From NCBI GenBank assembly GCA_965277715.1, contig OZ255836.1, positions 832,001 through 896,000 of the forward strand: a DNA stretch of 64,000 nt, written 5' to 3'. The stretch's first letter is position 1. Every line of letters begins with the position of its first letter. Source of the stretch: Gammaproteobacteria bacterium. Its GTDB lineage: Bacteria; Pseudomonadota; Gammaproteobacteria; JBCCGL01. A program made the position numbers and the translations under genes. A model generated the notes under the pieces. It was given only the letters and a program-made list of their open reading frames with translations, did not search any database and was not told the DNA's origin. Below, in pieces: positions 9,505 through 20,244 of the stretch.

Positions 9505-9552
9505 GCGCCTGACATGGCGGGGATTGGAAATTCAAATGCCTCCGCGCCACTA
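9505..9552 (+). pseudogene. Decayed 3' half of tRNA-Val(GAC), possible att-site remnant
   Basis: CGCC-TGACAT-GGCG anticodon-arm-like hairpin with GAC, followed by a degenerate T-arm (GGAAATTCAAATGCCTCC) and a GCGCCACTA acceptor-like end. It sits where tRNA-Val(GAC) often precedes thrS. No D-arm or 5' half is visible. Confidence 0.55.
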
Positions 9553-9571
9553 CTTCCTTGAATTACTTCAT

Positions 9572-9592
9572 GTGGCCTTTGGTAGGGGTCAC
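9572..9592 (+). promoter_or_regulatory. thrS translational operator hairpin mimicking the tRNA-Thr(GGU) anticodon arm
   Basis: Stem GTGGCCT/GGGTCAC with 7-nt loop TT-GGT-AG, just upstream of the SD (AAAGGA) and ATG of thrS. Confidence 0.7.
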
Positions 9593-9608
9593 CACTGAAA
9601 GGATCGTT

Positions 9609-11534
9609 ATGCCTATTATCACTTTGCCCGATGGCAGCCAACGCACATTTAACAACCCTTTATCTATTCACGACATTGCCCATGATATTGGCCCAGGTCT
9701 GGCCAAAGCGGCACTCGCCGGGAGGGTGGATGGTGATCTGGTCGATACATCGCATATTGTCACTGACGATTCGGCAATCAGTATTATCACTGCACGCGAT
9801 GACGATGGCCTCGAAGTAATTCGCCACTCCTGTGCACACCTGATGGCCCAGGCGGTAAAACAACTATACCCCGCTGCGCAAGTCACGATTGGCCCCACGG
9901 TCGAAAATGGCTTTTACTACGATTTTGCCTATGAACGGGCATTTACCCCCGAGGATTTGCGGGCGATAGAGGCGCGCATGGTGGCGCTATCGAAAGCCGA
10001 TGATCCGGTCTCGCGCTCGGTGATGCCCCGCGATGAAGCCGTGCGCTTTTTTAAGGATATGGGGGAGCACTACAAGGCCGATATTATCCAGTCAATCCCT
10101 GAAAACGAAGCACTCTCCTTATACCGTCAAAATGACTTTATCGACCTCTGTCGTGGCCCTCATGTGCCCAGCACTGGGCATATCAAGGCATTTAAACTGA
10201 TGAAAGTGGCTGGTGCCTATTGGCGCGGTGATTCCAGCAATGAAATGTTACAGCGTATATACGGCACCGCCTGGCCCGATAAAAAACAGTTGAAACAGTA
10301 TTTATTCCGGCTCAGCGAAGCGGAAAAGCGCGACCACCGGAAACTGGGCAAACAGCTCGATTTGTTTCATCTACAGGACGAAGCGCCCGGCATGGTGTTT
10401 TGGCACCCCAATGGCTGGCATATTTATCAAACCATTGAACAACATATGCGGCAGAAATTGCGCCAGCAGGGGTATCTGGAAATTAAAACACCCCAGGTGC
10501 TGGAGTTTTCGCTGTGGGAACGCTCCGGCCACGCGGATAAGTTTGGCGATGATATGTTCACCCTGGAGGCCGATGATAAGTCGTTTGCGATTAAACCGAT
10601 GAACTGTCCGTGTCATGTGCAGGTGTTCAATCAGGGGTTAAAAAGCTATCGGGATTTGCCTATGCGATTCGCCGAATTTGGCTCATGTCACCGCAACGAA
10701 CTCTCGGGGGCACTGCACGGATTGATGCGGGTGCGTGGTTTTGTCCAGGATGACGGGCACATCTTTTGTAGTGAAGACCAGATTCAGTCAGAAGTGGTTA
10801 AGTTTATCAATTTCTTGCACGATATTTATCAGGACTTTGGTTTCACGGAAGTTATTTACCGTCTATCCACCCGGCCGGCAAAGCGGGTGGGCAGTGATGA
10901 AGATTGGGACCGCGCTGAAAAGGCGCTGGCGGACGCGTTGGACAGTATGCAACTGTCCTGGGAACTGCTGCCTGGTGAAGGCGCATTTTACGGCCCCAAG
11001 GTTGAGTTTTCGTTGAAAGACTGTATTGGCCGCGTTTGGCAGTGCGGGACTGTGCAGGTCGACTTCTCCATGCCGGGGCGGTTGGATGCCAGTTATATTG
11101 CCGAAGACGGCAGCAAGCGCGTACCGGTTATGTTACACCGGGCTATATTGGGTTCATTTGAGCGCTTTATCGGTATTTTGATTGAACAGTACGAAGGTAA
11201 ATTGCCCGTTTGGTTATCACCTCAGCAGGTTGCGGTACTGACAATCACCGATAAACATAATCAGGGCGCTGAAAATATTGCCGAAAGGCTGGAAAATGCC
11301 GGTATTCGTGCCTCTGCTGACTTGAGAAACGAAAAAATAGGTTTTAAGATACGCGATTATACTTTGAAACGCGTTCCCTATATGCTGATCGTCGGCGATA
11401 AGGAACTCGAAACAGATTCCGTGGCCGTCCGCACTCAGTCGGGCCAGGATTTGGGGGTAATGTCTGTTGAGGCATTTACCGGGAAAATTGTTGGCGAGAT
11501 AGAGTCTCGCGGCATAACTCAATTGGAGGGTTGA
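9609..11534 (+). CDS. thrS: Threonine--tRNA ligase
   Basis: [10 protein letters not shown] start, [14 protein letters not shown] and [11 protein letters not shown] motifs. SD precedes ATG 9609. Confidence 0.99.
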   Translation: MPIITLPDGSQRTFNNPLSIHDIAHDIGPGLAKAALAGRVDGDLVDTSHIVTDDSAISIITARDDDGLEVIRHSCAHLMAQAVKQLYPAAQVTIGPTVENGFYYDFAYERAFTPEDLRAIEARMVALSKADDPVSRSVMPRDEAVRFFKDMGEHYKADIIQSIPENEALSLYRQNDFIDLCRGPHVPSTGHIKAFKLMKVAGAYWRGDSSNEMLQRIYGTAWPDKKQLKQYLFRLSEAEKRDHRKLGKQLDLFHLQDEAPGMVFWHPNGWHIYQTIEQHMRQKLRQQGYLEIKTPQVLEFSLWERSGHADKFGDDMFTLEADDKSFAIKPMNCPCHVQVFNQGLKSYRDLPMRFAEFGSCHRNELSGALHGLMRVRGFVQDDGHIFCSEDQIQSEVVKFINFLHDIYQDFGFTEVIYRLSTRPAKRVGSDEDWDRAEKALADALDSMQLSWELLPGEGAFYGPKVEFSLKDCIGRVWQCGTVQVDFSMPGRLDASYIAEDGSKRVPVMLHRAILGSFERFIGILIEQYEGKLPVWLSPQQVAVLTITDKHNQGAENIAERLENAGIRASADLRNEKIGFKIRDYTLKRVPYMLIVGDKELETDSVAVRTQSGQDLGVMSVEAFTGKIVGEIESRGITQLEG

Positions 11535-11538
11535 CAAC

Positions 11539-12054
11539 ATCGCTGCAAAAACGCACCGTAAAAACGAAGAACTGGATTTATCTGAAGTTCGTTTAATTAA
11601 TGAAAGTGGTGAGCAGGTTGGCGTGGTGCCACTACAGGAGGCACTTGATGCCGCTGTGGCGGTTGGTTTGGATTTGGTTGAAATTGTACCCAATGCCGAG
11701 CCACCCGTATGCCGTATTATGGATCATGGTCGGTTCAAATTTGAGCAGAGCAAAAAGCAGCATAGCTCTAAAAAGAAGCAGAAGCAGGTTCAAATAAAGG
11801 AAATTAAATTTCGACCGGGTACAGAGGACGGCGATTATCAGGTAAAACTGCGCAATCTTATCCGCTTTCTGGAAAATGGCGATAAAACAAAGGTGACCTT
11901 ACGGTTTCGCGGCAGAGAGATGGCGCATCAGGAACTGGGAGCGCGTTTGTTAACTAGAGTAGAAGCCGATCTGGAGGAATACGGTGTTGTCGAACAGTTT
12001 CCAAAGTTCGAAGGCCGCCAGATGGTGATGGTATTGGCGCCGAAGAAAAAATAG
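11539..12054 (+). CDS. infC: Translation initiation factor IF-3 (non-canonical ATC start)
   Basis: GGAGG at 11525-11529, then an in-frame ATC at 11539. Motifs [22 protein letters not shown] and [10 protein letters not shown]. Confidence 0.97.
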   Translation: MAAKTHRKNEELDLSEVRLINESGEQVGVVPLQEALDAAVAVGLDLVEIVPNAEPPVCRIMDHGRFKFEQSKKQHSSKKKQKQVQIKEIKFRPGTEDGDYQVKLRNLIRFLENGDKTKVTLRFRGREMAHQELGARLLTRVEADLEEYGVVEQFPKFEGRQMVMVLAPKKK

Positions 12055-12209
12055 TTTCTCCGGTGTTATAAGTAAGTTCTCCTCAAAGAGAGAACCGCGT
12101 CAAAGATGCACAATAAGTGCACATAATTAAAGGCGCATACGTCGTCCGCAACCAGTGATTACTCCGACTGGCCGGATATGTTTAATTTGAGAAAACGGGA
12201 GTCACGATA

Positions 12210-12407
12210 GTGCCTAAACTCAAAACCAATCGAGGCGCGGCCAAACGGTTTAAAAAAACCGGTTCTGGCGGCTTCAAACGTAAACAGTCTCACCTGAGAC
12301 ACATCCTCACCAAGAAGAGCAGTAAGCGTAAACGGCATTTACGCGCCGCTTCAATGGTGCACGAATCCGATGTTGCACTGGTTCGCCAGATGCTACCTTT
12401 TGCTTAG
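12210..12407 (+). CDS. rpmI: 50S ribosomal protein L35
   Basis: [18 protein letters not shown]...HILTKKS. Confidence 0.99.
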   Translation: MPKLKTNRGAAKRFKKTGSGGFKRKQSHLRHILTKKSSKRKRHLRAASMVHESDVALVRQMLPFA

Positions 12408-12421
12408 TGAGGAGCTGAAAA

Positions 12422-12793
12422 ATGCCTAGAGTAAAACGCGGTGTTACCGCTCGCGCCCGCCATAAAAAAGTACTGAAGAAAGCCAAAGGTTATTCGGGAG
12501 CCAGAAGTAAGGTTTTTCGCGTTGCCAAGCAGGCTGTTACCAAAGCCGGTCAATACGCTTATCGTGACCGTCGGCAGAAGAAACGGCAGTTTCGTGCACT
12601 GTGGATCGTCCGTATTAATGCCGGTGCCAGGATGTGTGGTTTGTCGTATAGCCGTATGATGAATGGCTTGAGTCGTGCCGGTATTGAAATAGACCGCAAG
12701 GTGCTAGCGTATTTGGCGGTGGATGATATGCCTGCATTTGAGCGGCTAGCAGAGCAGGCTAAAGCGAACCTGGATCAGGCTGACCCGGCTTAA
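12422..12793 (+). CDS. rplT: 50S ribosomal protein L20
   Basis: [16 protein letters not shown]...[22 protein letters not shown]. Confidence 0.99.
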   Translation: MPRVKRGVTARARHKKVLKKAKGYSGARSKVFRVAKQAVTKAGQYAYRDRRQKKRQFRALWIVRINAGARMCGLSYSRMMNGLSRAGIEIDRKVLAYLAVDDMPAFERLAEQAKANLDQADPA

Positions 12794-12856
12794 CGAACCC
12801 GGCTAAGCCAACGCATGGCAGTAATTAATACGGTTGCTGTCACACTCAAGTAGTGA

Positions 12857-13912
<1,056 letters not shown>

Positions 13913-13936
13913 TATGGCAAACACCAGGGCAAGACG

Positions 13937-16309
13937 ATGAAAATGAGTGAAAACTGGCTCAGAGAATGGGTCGACCCGGCGATTGATAGCGCGGATTTAC
14001 AGCATCAACTGACTTTGCTGGGCCTGGAAGTGGATAATGCGCAACGGATGCCAACGCTGACAAATATTGTTGTCGCCCGCATCGAATCGGCAGAGCAGCA
14101 CCCCAATGCAGACAAGCTGCGCGTCTGTGCGGTAGACGATGGATCGGGGGAGGCACTGTCGATAGTGTGTGGCGCACCTAATGCACGCGCAGGGCTTGTG
14201 GTGCCATTGGCGCGTATTGGCGCTGAGTTACCCGGTGGAATGAAAATCAAATCGGCAAAACTGCGGGGTGTCGCCTCTCGGGGTATGTTGTGTTCTGCCC
14301 GTGAATTAGCGCTTGCCGATGATGCCAGTGGGTTGATGGAATTGTCTGCCGACGCACCAGTTGGTATGCCGATAAGCCAGTACCTGCAACTCGACGATAC
14401 ATTGATCAGCATCGAACTGACCCCTAATCGGGGAGATTGTCTGAGCATTCGCGGTATAGCGCGTGATATTGCGGCGCGCAACCGTATGCCGGTTAAGCCG
14501 CCCGCGATGGAGGCTGTGGCGGCGACAACTGAAGACACCTTTACCGTCGAGCTACAAGCGGGCGCGGGCTGTTGGCGCTATACAGGGCGGGCAATAAAAG
14601 GCATCGACCCCACGGCACAAACTCCATTGTGGATGACAGAAAAACTACGGCGCAGTGGCTTGCGCGCTATCTCGCCGGTAGTCGACATCACCAATTTTGT
14701 GATGCTGGAGTTAGGGCAGCCCATGCACGGTTTTGATCTCGATAAACTCAGCGACAAAATCACCGTGCGCAACGCGACAGACAAAGAGCCGATAAGGCTA
14801 TTGGATGGCCGTGATCTGCAACTTGATGAAGACACACTGGTCATTGCCGACGGCAGTGGCGCCATTGGTATTGCCGGTATCATGGGCGGGGACACAACCA
14901 GTGTCAGCGACAATACCCGCAATGTGTTTTTTGAAGCGGCCATGTTCGACCCTAAAAAGATTGCCGGTCGGCCACGTCGGTACAATGCACACACCGATTC
15001 AGCACACCGTTTTGAACGCACTGTCGACCCCTTATTACAGGTTACTGCACTGCACCGTGCCACCCGTCTACTTATCGATATCTGTGGGGGGGAAGCGGGG
15101 CCGGTGATCGATATAACCGACCCGGCGAACACCTACGCCTCTACTGTGCTCAGCCTCTCCAGGCAGCGCGTACAACAATTGCTCGGTGTTGCATTGCCTG
15201 ACAGTACTATTGCGGAAATCCTATCGTATCTGGGCCTGACGTTGACTGAACAGGCTGAAGGCTGGCAAGTGGAGGTGCCCAGCTATCGACCGGATATCAG
15301 TATTGAGGAAGACCTGATTGAAGAGATTGCCCGCGTTCACGGTTACGACAATATTCCCCGAACCTACCCTGGTTTACTGCCACTCATGCAGCCTCGTGAG
15401 GAGACAACCGTTGATCTTATGTCGTTGAAATCATCGCTGGTCGAGCGCGGTTACCAGGAAGCCGTGACTTACAGCTTTGTCGATGAGGCATTGCAGCGGC
15501 AAATTAACCCCGAGAGCGACATGCTGGCCCTGGCGAACCCCATTTCTATGGATATGGCAATGATGCGCACCTCACTGTGGCCCGGTCTGCTAAGCGCTTT
15601 GCAGCGGAACCTTAATCACCAGCAGTATGATGTAAAGCTATTTGAGACCGGTCTGGTATTTCTGCCTGGTGACGCAGGATTGTTACAGCAAGGAGTTTTT
15701 GCGGGTCTGGCCAGTGGTCAGTGCCAACGCCAACACTGGGACAGCCCCTCACATGAAGTGGATTTTTTCGATGTAAAAGGGGATATAGACGCTTTGTTTT
15801 CGATGGCTGATGCCACCGACATTCGCTATGAAAAAGCCTCGCACCCGGCGCTACACCCTGGGCAGACAGCACGATTACTCAGTGATGGTGAACCGGTTGG
15901 ATGGATAGGCAGATTGCACCCGGTGATACAACAATCGTTGTCACTGCCACAAAGTGCCATACTGTTTGAGGTTGATCAGGCCGCATTAATGGGGCGAAAA
16001 TTAATTAATTTCAAAGAATTCTCCAAATATCCGTCAATTCGCCGAGATATTGCTATAGTAATAGACGAAGATGTTACGCTAAACAGTGTGTTAGCGTGTA
16101 TTTATAATAACTCGCCCAAATATCTTGAGAATGTAGTGATATTTGATGTCTATACGGGCAAAGGTGTGATACCGGGTCGAAAAAGCCTCGCTTTAAGCTT
16201 GATTTTACAGGAGTTATCCCGCACTCTTACAGATGTTGAGGTTGAGAAAACAGTTTCCGGAATTCTCGCTGCACTCGTAAAAGACCTGGGCGCAACCCTG
16301 AGGGAATGA
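13937..16309 (+). CDS. pheT: Phenylalanine--tRNA ligase beta subunit
   Basis: [23 protein letters not shown] and [14 protein letters not shown] motifs. Confidence 0.99.
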   Translation: MKMSENWLREWVDPAIDSADLQHQLTLLGLEVDNAQRMPTLTNIVVARIESAEQHPNADKLRVCAVDDGSGEALSIVCGAPNARAGLVVPLARIGAELPGGMKIKSAKLRGVASRGMLCSARELALADDASGLMELSADAPVGMPISQYLQLDDTLISIELTPNRGDCLSIRGIARDIAARNRMPVKPPAMEAVAATTEDTFTVELQAGAGCWRYTGRAIKGIDPTAQTPLWMTEKLRRSGLRAISPVVDITNFVMLELGQPMHGFDLDKLSDKITVRNATDKEPIRLLDGRDLQLDEDTLVIADGSGAIGIAGIMGGDTTSVSDNTRNVFFEAAMFDPKKIAGRPRRYNAHTDSAHRFERTVDPLLQVTALHRATRLLIDICGGEAGPVIDITDPANTYASTVLSLSRQRVQQLLGVALPDSTIAEILSYLGLTLTEQAEGWQVEVPSYRPDISIEEDLIEEIARVHGYDNIPRTYPGLLPLMQPREETTVDLMSLKSSLVERGYQEAVTYSFVDEALQRQINPESDMLALANPISMDMAMMRTSLWPGLLSALQRNLNHQQYDVKLFETGLVFLPGDAGLLQQGVFAGLASGQCQRQHWDSPSHEVDFFDVKGDIDALFSMADATDIRYEKASHPALHPGQTARLLSDGEPVGWIGRLHPVIQQSLSLPQSAILFEVDQAALMGRKLINFKEFSKYPSIRRDIAIVIDEDVTLNSVLACIYNNSPKYLENVVIFDVYTGKGVIPGRKSLALSLILQELSRTLTDVEVEKTVSGILAALVKDLGATLRE

Positions 16310-16310
16310 T

Positions 16311-16610
16311 ATGGCGCTTACAAAAGCGGATATGGCAGTACTGTTGTTTGAAGAGCTTGGTCTTAACAAGCGTGAAGCTAAAGAACTGGTTGAATTGTTC
16401 TTTGAAGAGGTGCGTAGCGCCCTGGAAAAAGGGGAGGATGTAAAGTTGTCTGGTTTTGGCAATTTTATTCTCAGGTCAAAAAAACAACGACCTGGCCGCA
16501 ACCCGAAAACAGGGGAAGAAATACCGATAACGGCCCGTCGGGTTGTCACTTTTAGACCCGGGCAAAAACTAAAGACACGAGTCGAGGCATATGCTGGAAA
16601 TCAGCAATAA
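16311..16610 (+). CDS. ihfA: Integration host factor alpha
   Basis: MALTKAD...VKLSGFGNF...[29 protein letters not shown], immediately after pheT. Confidence 0.99.
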   Translation: MALTKADMAVLLFEELGLNKREAKELVELFFEEVRSALEKGEDVKLSGFGNFILRSKKQRPGRNPKTGEEIPITARRVVTFRPGQKLKTRVEAYAGNQQ

Positions 16611-16947
16611 CAAAGAACTTACACCTATACCTAACAAGCGGTACTTCACCATTGGTGAAGTCAGTGAATTATGTGAAGTAAAGCCGCACGTATTGCGTTA
16701 TTGGGAGCAGGAGTTCCCCGGTTTAAAGCCAGTCAAACGCCGGGGTAACCGGCGTTACTATCAACGCCATGATGTCATGCTGATCCGTCAGATTCGCAGC
16801 CTGTTGTACGATGAGGGCTACACCATTGGTGGTGCCCGCCAAAAATTGTCTGGCGAAGAAGCGAAAGACGATACCAGTCAATCCCAGCAAATCGTTAAAC
16901 AATTGCGTAGCGAACTTGAAGAAGTGTTGAAAATACTCAAACACTAG
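16591..16947 (+). CDS. MerR-family transcriptional regulator
   Basis: [25 protein letters not shown], in the conserved ihfA-merR-tRNA-Pro position. Confidence 0.95.
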   Translation: MLEISNNKELTPIPNKRYFTIGEVSELCEVKPHVLRYWEQEFPGLKPVKRRGNRRYYQRHDVMLIRQIRSLLYDEGYTIGGARQKLSGEEAKDDTSQSQQIVKQLRSELEEVLKILKH

Positions 16948-16990
16948 TCGACCCTCTCCAGCAATTACTGTATTCTTTTGCTTTCTTAAA

Positions 16991-17068
<78 letters not shown>

Positions 17069-17114
17069 TTTATACAATAGAAAGTACCCAGTGCTAATCA
17101 GACAATACGCTATG

Positions 17115-17136
17115 GTGGCTGGTTTCGATCAGCCAC
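17115..17136 (+). terminator. Hairpin downstream of tRNA-Pro (second copy at ~18122-18143)
   Basis: GTGGCTGGT-TTCG-ATCAGCCAC stem-loop with only a weak T tail. Confidence 0.55.
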
Positions 17137-17143
17137 TGTTCAA

Positions 17144-17222
17144 TGTGAATCAATCCGCAGATCTGTGACTAGCGCAAAGACAATGTTGGCATACGGATTT
17201 CATAGAGCTTATCCAGTGTGCA
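17144..17222. repeat. 79-bp duplicate of an internal fdhD segment (18620-18698)
   Basis: TGTGAATCAATCCG...CTTATCCAGTGTGCA matches 18620-18698 with two mismatches. Confidence 0.95.
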
Positions 17223-17269
17223 TATGAAAACGCCTCAAGCAACCCAGTTAGATTCTAATCTTAGCGCGT

Positions 17270-17656
17270 CTATTGCGCCATATACTGGCTAACCGCTTTA
17301 TGTATCAGCGCACTGCGCGTCATGCTATTGCTTTTAGCGTATTTATCCATACCGGATAAGAAAGAGGCCGCTAGTGAGATATTCACGCGTTGTGCTTTTG
17401 TGTTGATCTTGCTTATATCAATATCAACAAGCAACCAGTGCCCATCTGTATAGTCGTCCAGGTGTTGCAAATCATCGATTGAAGAAGGCTCAGGGATCGT
17501 TAAATCCTCGCCTTCCATGTGAACTTCTATCGCCTCTTGAATATTGGCTGGCAAATCGGCTTGGCTGTCGGCAGCGGAGAAACACCCCGGAAAGTCCGGG
17601 ATTATGACGCCATAGCATGTGCCAGGTTCTTTAGTTACGTATACAGGGTAGATCAT
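17270..17656 (-). CDS. hicB: HicB-family antitoxin with C-terminal ribbon-helix-helix
   Basis: YPV...YGVIIPDFPGCFS...IQEAIEVH N-terminus, QRVNISL...RSALI RHH domain. ATGA overlap with the hicA stop. Confidence 0.92.
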   Translation of the reverse strand: MIYPVYVTKEPGTCYGVIIPDFPGCFSAADSQADLPANIQEAIEVHMEGEDLTIPEPSSIDDLQHLDDYTDGHWLLVDIDISKINTKAQRVNISLAASFLSGMDKYAKSNSMTRSALIHKAVSQYMAQ

Positions 17657-17847
17657 CGTTGGCTCCAGTCCCAGTTTGCTTGTCTGAAAATACTTCTTAG
17701 GGTTGTAGTGGTTATGTCTTTTCTTGGATGAGGAACAGTGACATGGCCTTCCTTATAAGGATGTTTTAATTTATGGTGGTCGCCTTTGCCACCCACTTTA
17801 ACCCAACCCTATTTCTTCAATCTTCTGATTATTTGTTTGCTGTTCAT
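17653..17847 (-). pseudogene. hicA: HicA-family toxin interrupted by TAG at codon 13
   Basis: Manual translation MNSKQIIRRLKK*GWVKVGGKGDHHKLKHPYKEGHVTVPHPRKDITTTTLRSIFRQANW. The stop is at 17809-17811. Confidence 0.9.
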
Positions 17848-18021
17848 GTATTTATGATACACAACCTTGCGCAAAAATAAGCAAAATGTTTTTTCCCGAG
17901 CCTGTCTACAAAAAAACTCGTAACCAATAAAAACAATGAGCTACAAGGGGTTTATGGAGTGTGTTTTGTAGATGGGGTGATATGTTAACTTTTTGATAAA
18001 CATAGTAATATTATTAAAGCA

Positions 18022-18074
18022 CGCACCTGCATGGATGCAGGTGGCCGGAGGTTCAAATCCTCTCGCCCCGACCA
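18022..18074 (+). pseudogene. Truncated tRNA-Pro copy (attR-like)
   Basis: Lacks the 5' acceptor strand and D-arm. Anticodon loop is reduced to 6 nt (ATGGAT). T-arm and CCA end are intact. Confidence 0.9.
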
Positions 18075-18194
18075 ATTTATACAATAGAAAGTACCCAGTG
18101 CTAATCAGACAATACGCTATGGTGGCTGGTTTCGATCAGCCACTGTTCAATCAAATTGAAGGGGAACAGCCATTTGCCGGTTATTTTTGTATCG

Positions 18195-19082
18195 CTATAC
18201 GCCCACCAGTTCGCGCATGCCGGGTGAAGAACGCTGTGGTGTTTTTGGAATTGCATCAAAGGTTATCGTCTCGGCACCGTTGTAAACCAGAAAATGCTTG
18301 CCCTTGGCGCGTGCGATCAGGGTAATGCCCAGTTCTTGGGCAAGCTCAAGGCCCATATGGGTAATCCCAGAGCGGGATAAGAGTACCGGGATGCCCATAA
18401 AAGCCGCTTTCATCACAATCTCTGAGGTCAGGCGGCCTGTGGTATAGAAAATTTTATCTCCACCGGAAATACCCTCCAGCCACATCTGGCCGGAGATGGC
18501 ATCCGCTGCATTGTGTCGCCCGACATCTTCTATATGCATTAACAGTTGGTCGTAATGACATAATCCACAACCGTGCACAGCCCCTGCCTGTCGGTATACC
18601 TCATTGTGCTTGCCGACGGTGTGAATCAATCCGTAGATCTGTGACTGGCGCAAAGACAATGTTGGCATACGGATTTCATAGAGCTTATCCAGTGTGCAAC
18701 TGAACACGGTTCCCTGGCCACAACCACTGGTCACGATGCGCCGTTTCAGTTTCTCCTGCCAGTCGCTGATGCCCTGTCCCTGGTGGGTTTCCACTTCCAC
18801 CAGCTCCCGCTCCCAATTGACGTGGATCGATTTAATGGCGCGAATATCCTCAAATAATTTTTGGTTGCGCAGATAACCCAATGTCAGTGCTTCCGGGCGC
18901 GAACCGAGGGTCATCAATGTCACTACCTCGTGGGCATCCACTTTGATCGTGAGAGGAAATTCTCCAGGAATCGCTTTCTCCACTCGTTGGTTGAATTCGT
19001 CCACAGCTTCGACGGGGTGAGTAGGGCGTAAGCCCTCACTGCTCATTTCCGGTTGATACAACGCGGTATCGGTTTGGTTCAC
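18195..19082 (-). CDS. fdhD: Formate dehydrogenase accessory sulfurtransferase FdhD
   Basis: EFPLTIKVD, TSGCGQG, GAVHGCGL, EDVGRHNAAD and TTGRLTSEIVMKAA motifs. Confidence 0.93.
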   Translation of the reverse strand: MNQTDTALYQPEMSSEGLRPTHPVEAVDEFNQRVEKAIPGEFPLTIKVDAHEVVTLMTLGSRPEALTLGYLRNQKLFEDIRAIKSIHVNWERELVEVETHQGQGISDWQEKLKRRIVTSGCGQGTVFSCTLDKLYEIRMPTLSLRQSQIYGLIHTVGKHNEVYRQAGAVHGCGLCHYDQLLMHIEDVGRHNAADAISGQMWLEGISGGDKIFYTTGRLTSEIVMKAAFMGIPVLLSRSGITHMGLELAQELGITLIARAKGKHFLVYNGAETITFDAIPKTPQRSSPGMRELVGV

Positions 19083-19369
19083 ACTAAGGCCTCTTTTGGG
19101 GTTGTTGTTTGGATTGTTGTAAACGGCTACAGCAAGATCTATTCCCCGGCTGATAATGCTGGGTTTCTACGCAGGCACAGGATGATTAGCATACCGATAT
19201 AGCGACATTTTGTCTCAAAATAGAGAGCGCTGGTTTAAATAGTCGCAGGCATACCGATAGCGCTTTGGCGTTATTTTCCCTTTGCTGTTCTTATACCGGG
19301 GTCTTGAGCGCATGTTACCGCTTTTGCTCTATAGTCTTTATAGGGGAATCTATGTGCGCTACGCAATCG

Positions 19370-19575
19370 TCCACAGAGGCGGGGGTATCGACACCAGCAC
19401 ACACTTTATCTGGTCGGGGTTTGCTTTCTCATTGTACCGGGACAGCGCGGAACAGTATTGGCATAACCTGATTGGGCATAAACCGTCGCTGTATGTGGTG
19501 TGCCGTGAAGACGATTGCCGGGAGTTAAACCCCTACCTGGTGACGATTGATTACGATGAAGCGGGAGCTGCCCCC
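19370..19575 (+). pseudogene. Fragment of a DUF3305-like (FDH-cluster-associated) gene
   Basis: The segment FSLYRDSAEQYWHNLIGHKPSLYVVCRE...PYLVTIDYDEAGA resembles DUF3305. No convincing N- or C-terminus, and the frame runs antisense into folE. Confidence 0.55.
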
Positions 19576-19634
19576 GGCAACTCCTCCTGCGTTGCTCTAC
19601 CTCCTGTATCCCTGAGGGTGAGTCGAAGACCACC

Positions 19635-20171
19635 TTACAACAAATTCAAAAACTCATGCCGCGTATTAATATCACGACGAAAACGACCCAACATCACCGA
19701 AGTAGTCATCTGTGAATTTTGCTTCTCTACACCGCGCATCTTCATACACAGATGCTCTGCCTCAATAATCACCCCAACACCACTGCCCCCCGTCACCAAC
19801 TGAATGGCATCGGCAATCTGCTTGGTCAACCCCTCCTGGATTTGCAATCGTCGCGCATACATATCGACAATCCTGGCCACCTTGGATAATCCGATAACTT
19901 TACCCTGAGGCAAATAACCCACATGGCATTTGCCAATAAAGGGAAGTAAATGGTGTTCACACAATGAGTACAGCTCAATATTTTTAACAATCACCATTTC
20001 ATCGGTATCAGACTCAAACACAGCTGAATTGACCACTTCACTAAGCGATTGCTGATAACCACGGGTAAGAAACGCCATCGCTTTGGCGGCGCGTTTGGGC
20101 GTATCGCGCAGACCATCGCGCTCCAAATCTTCGCCTATCGCCTGCAAGATTTCTGTGTATTGCTTTTCCAT
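19635..20171 (-). CDS. folE: GTP cyclohydrolase I
   Basis: [25 protein letters not shown] and HLCMKMRGV motifs. Confidence 0.98.
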   Translation of the reverse strand: MEKQYTEILQAIGEDLERDGLRDTPKRAAKAMAFLTRGYQQSLSEVVNSAVFESDTDEMVIVKNIELYSLCEHHLLPFIGKCHVGYLPQGKVIGLSKVARIVDMYARRLQIQEGLTKQIADAIQLVTGGSGVGVIIEAEHLCMKMRGVEKQNSQMTTSVMLGRFRRDINTRHEFLNLL

Positions 20172-20244
20172 CGTTTGGGTCTCGTTTATATGTGGCCTGA
20201 TGTAGGAGGGTGATTATATCCCAAGCTGTTTACCTGAACTCAAG

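Noticed and set aside
9558-9608. Longer thrS start at TTG 9558
   Set aside because: The SD and conserved MPIITLPDG start point to ATG 9609; the upstream part is leader RNA.
12055-12209. Possible L20 autoregulatory leader before rpmI
   Set aside because: Plausible by position, but I could not identify a convincing structure by eye.
12815-12853. Short ORF MAVINTVAVTLK before the pheS-proximal terminator as a pheM-like attenuator
   Set aside because: It contains no Phe codons.
17993-18325. 110-aa ORF
   Set aside because: It reads through the tRNA remnant and antisense to fdhD, so it is likely spurious.
19282-19803. 173-aa ORF as an intact gene
   Set aside because: Only the middle resembles a known family and the end overlaps folE antisense; treated as a fragment.
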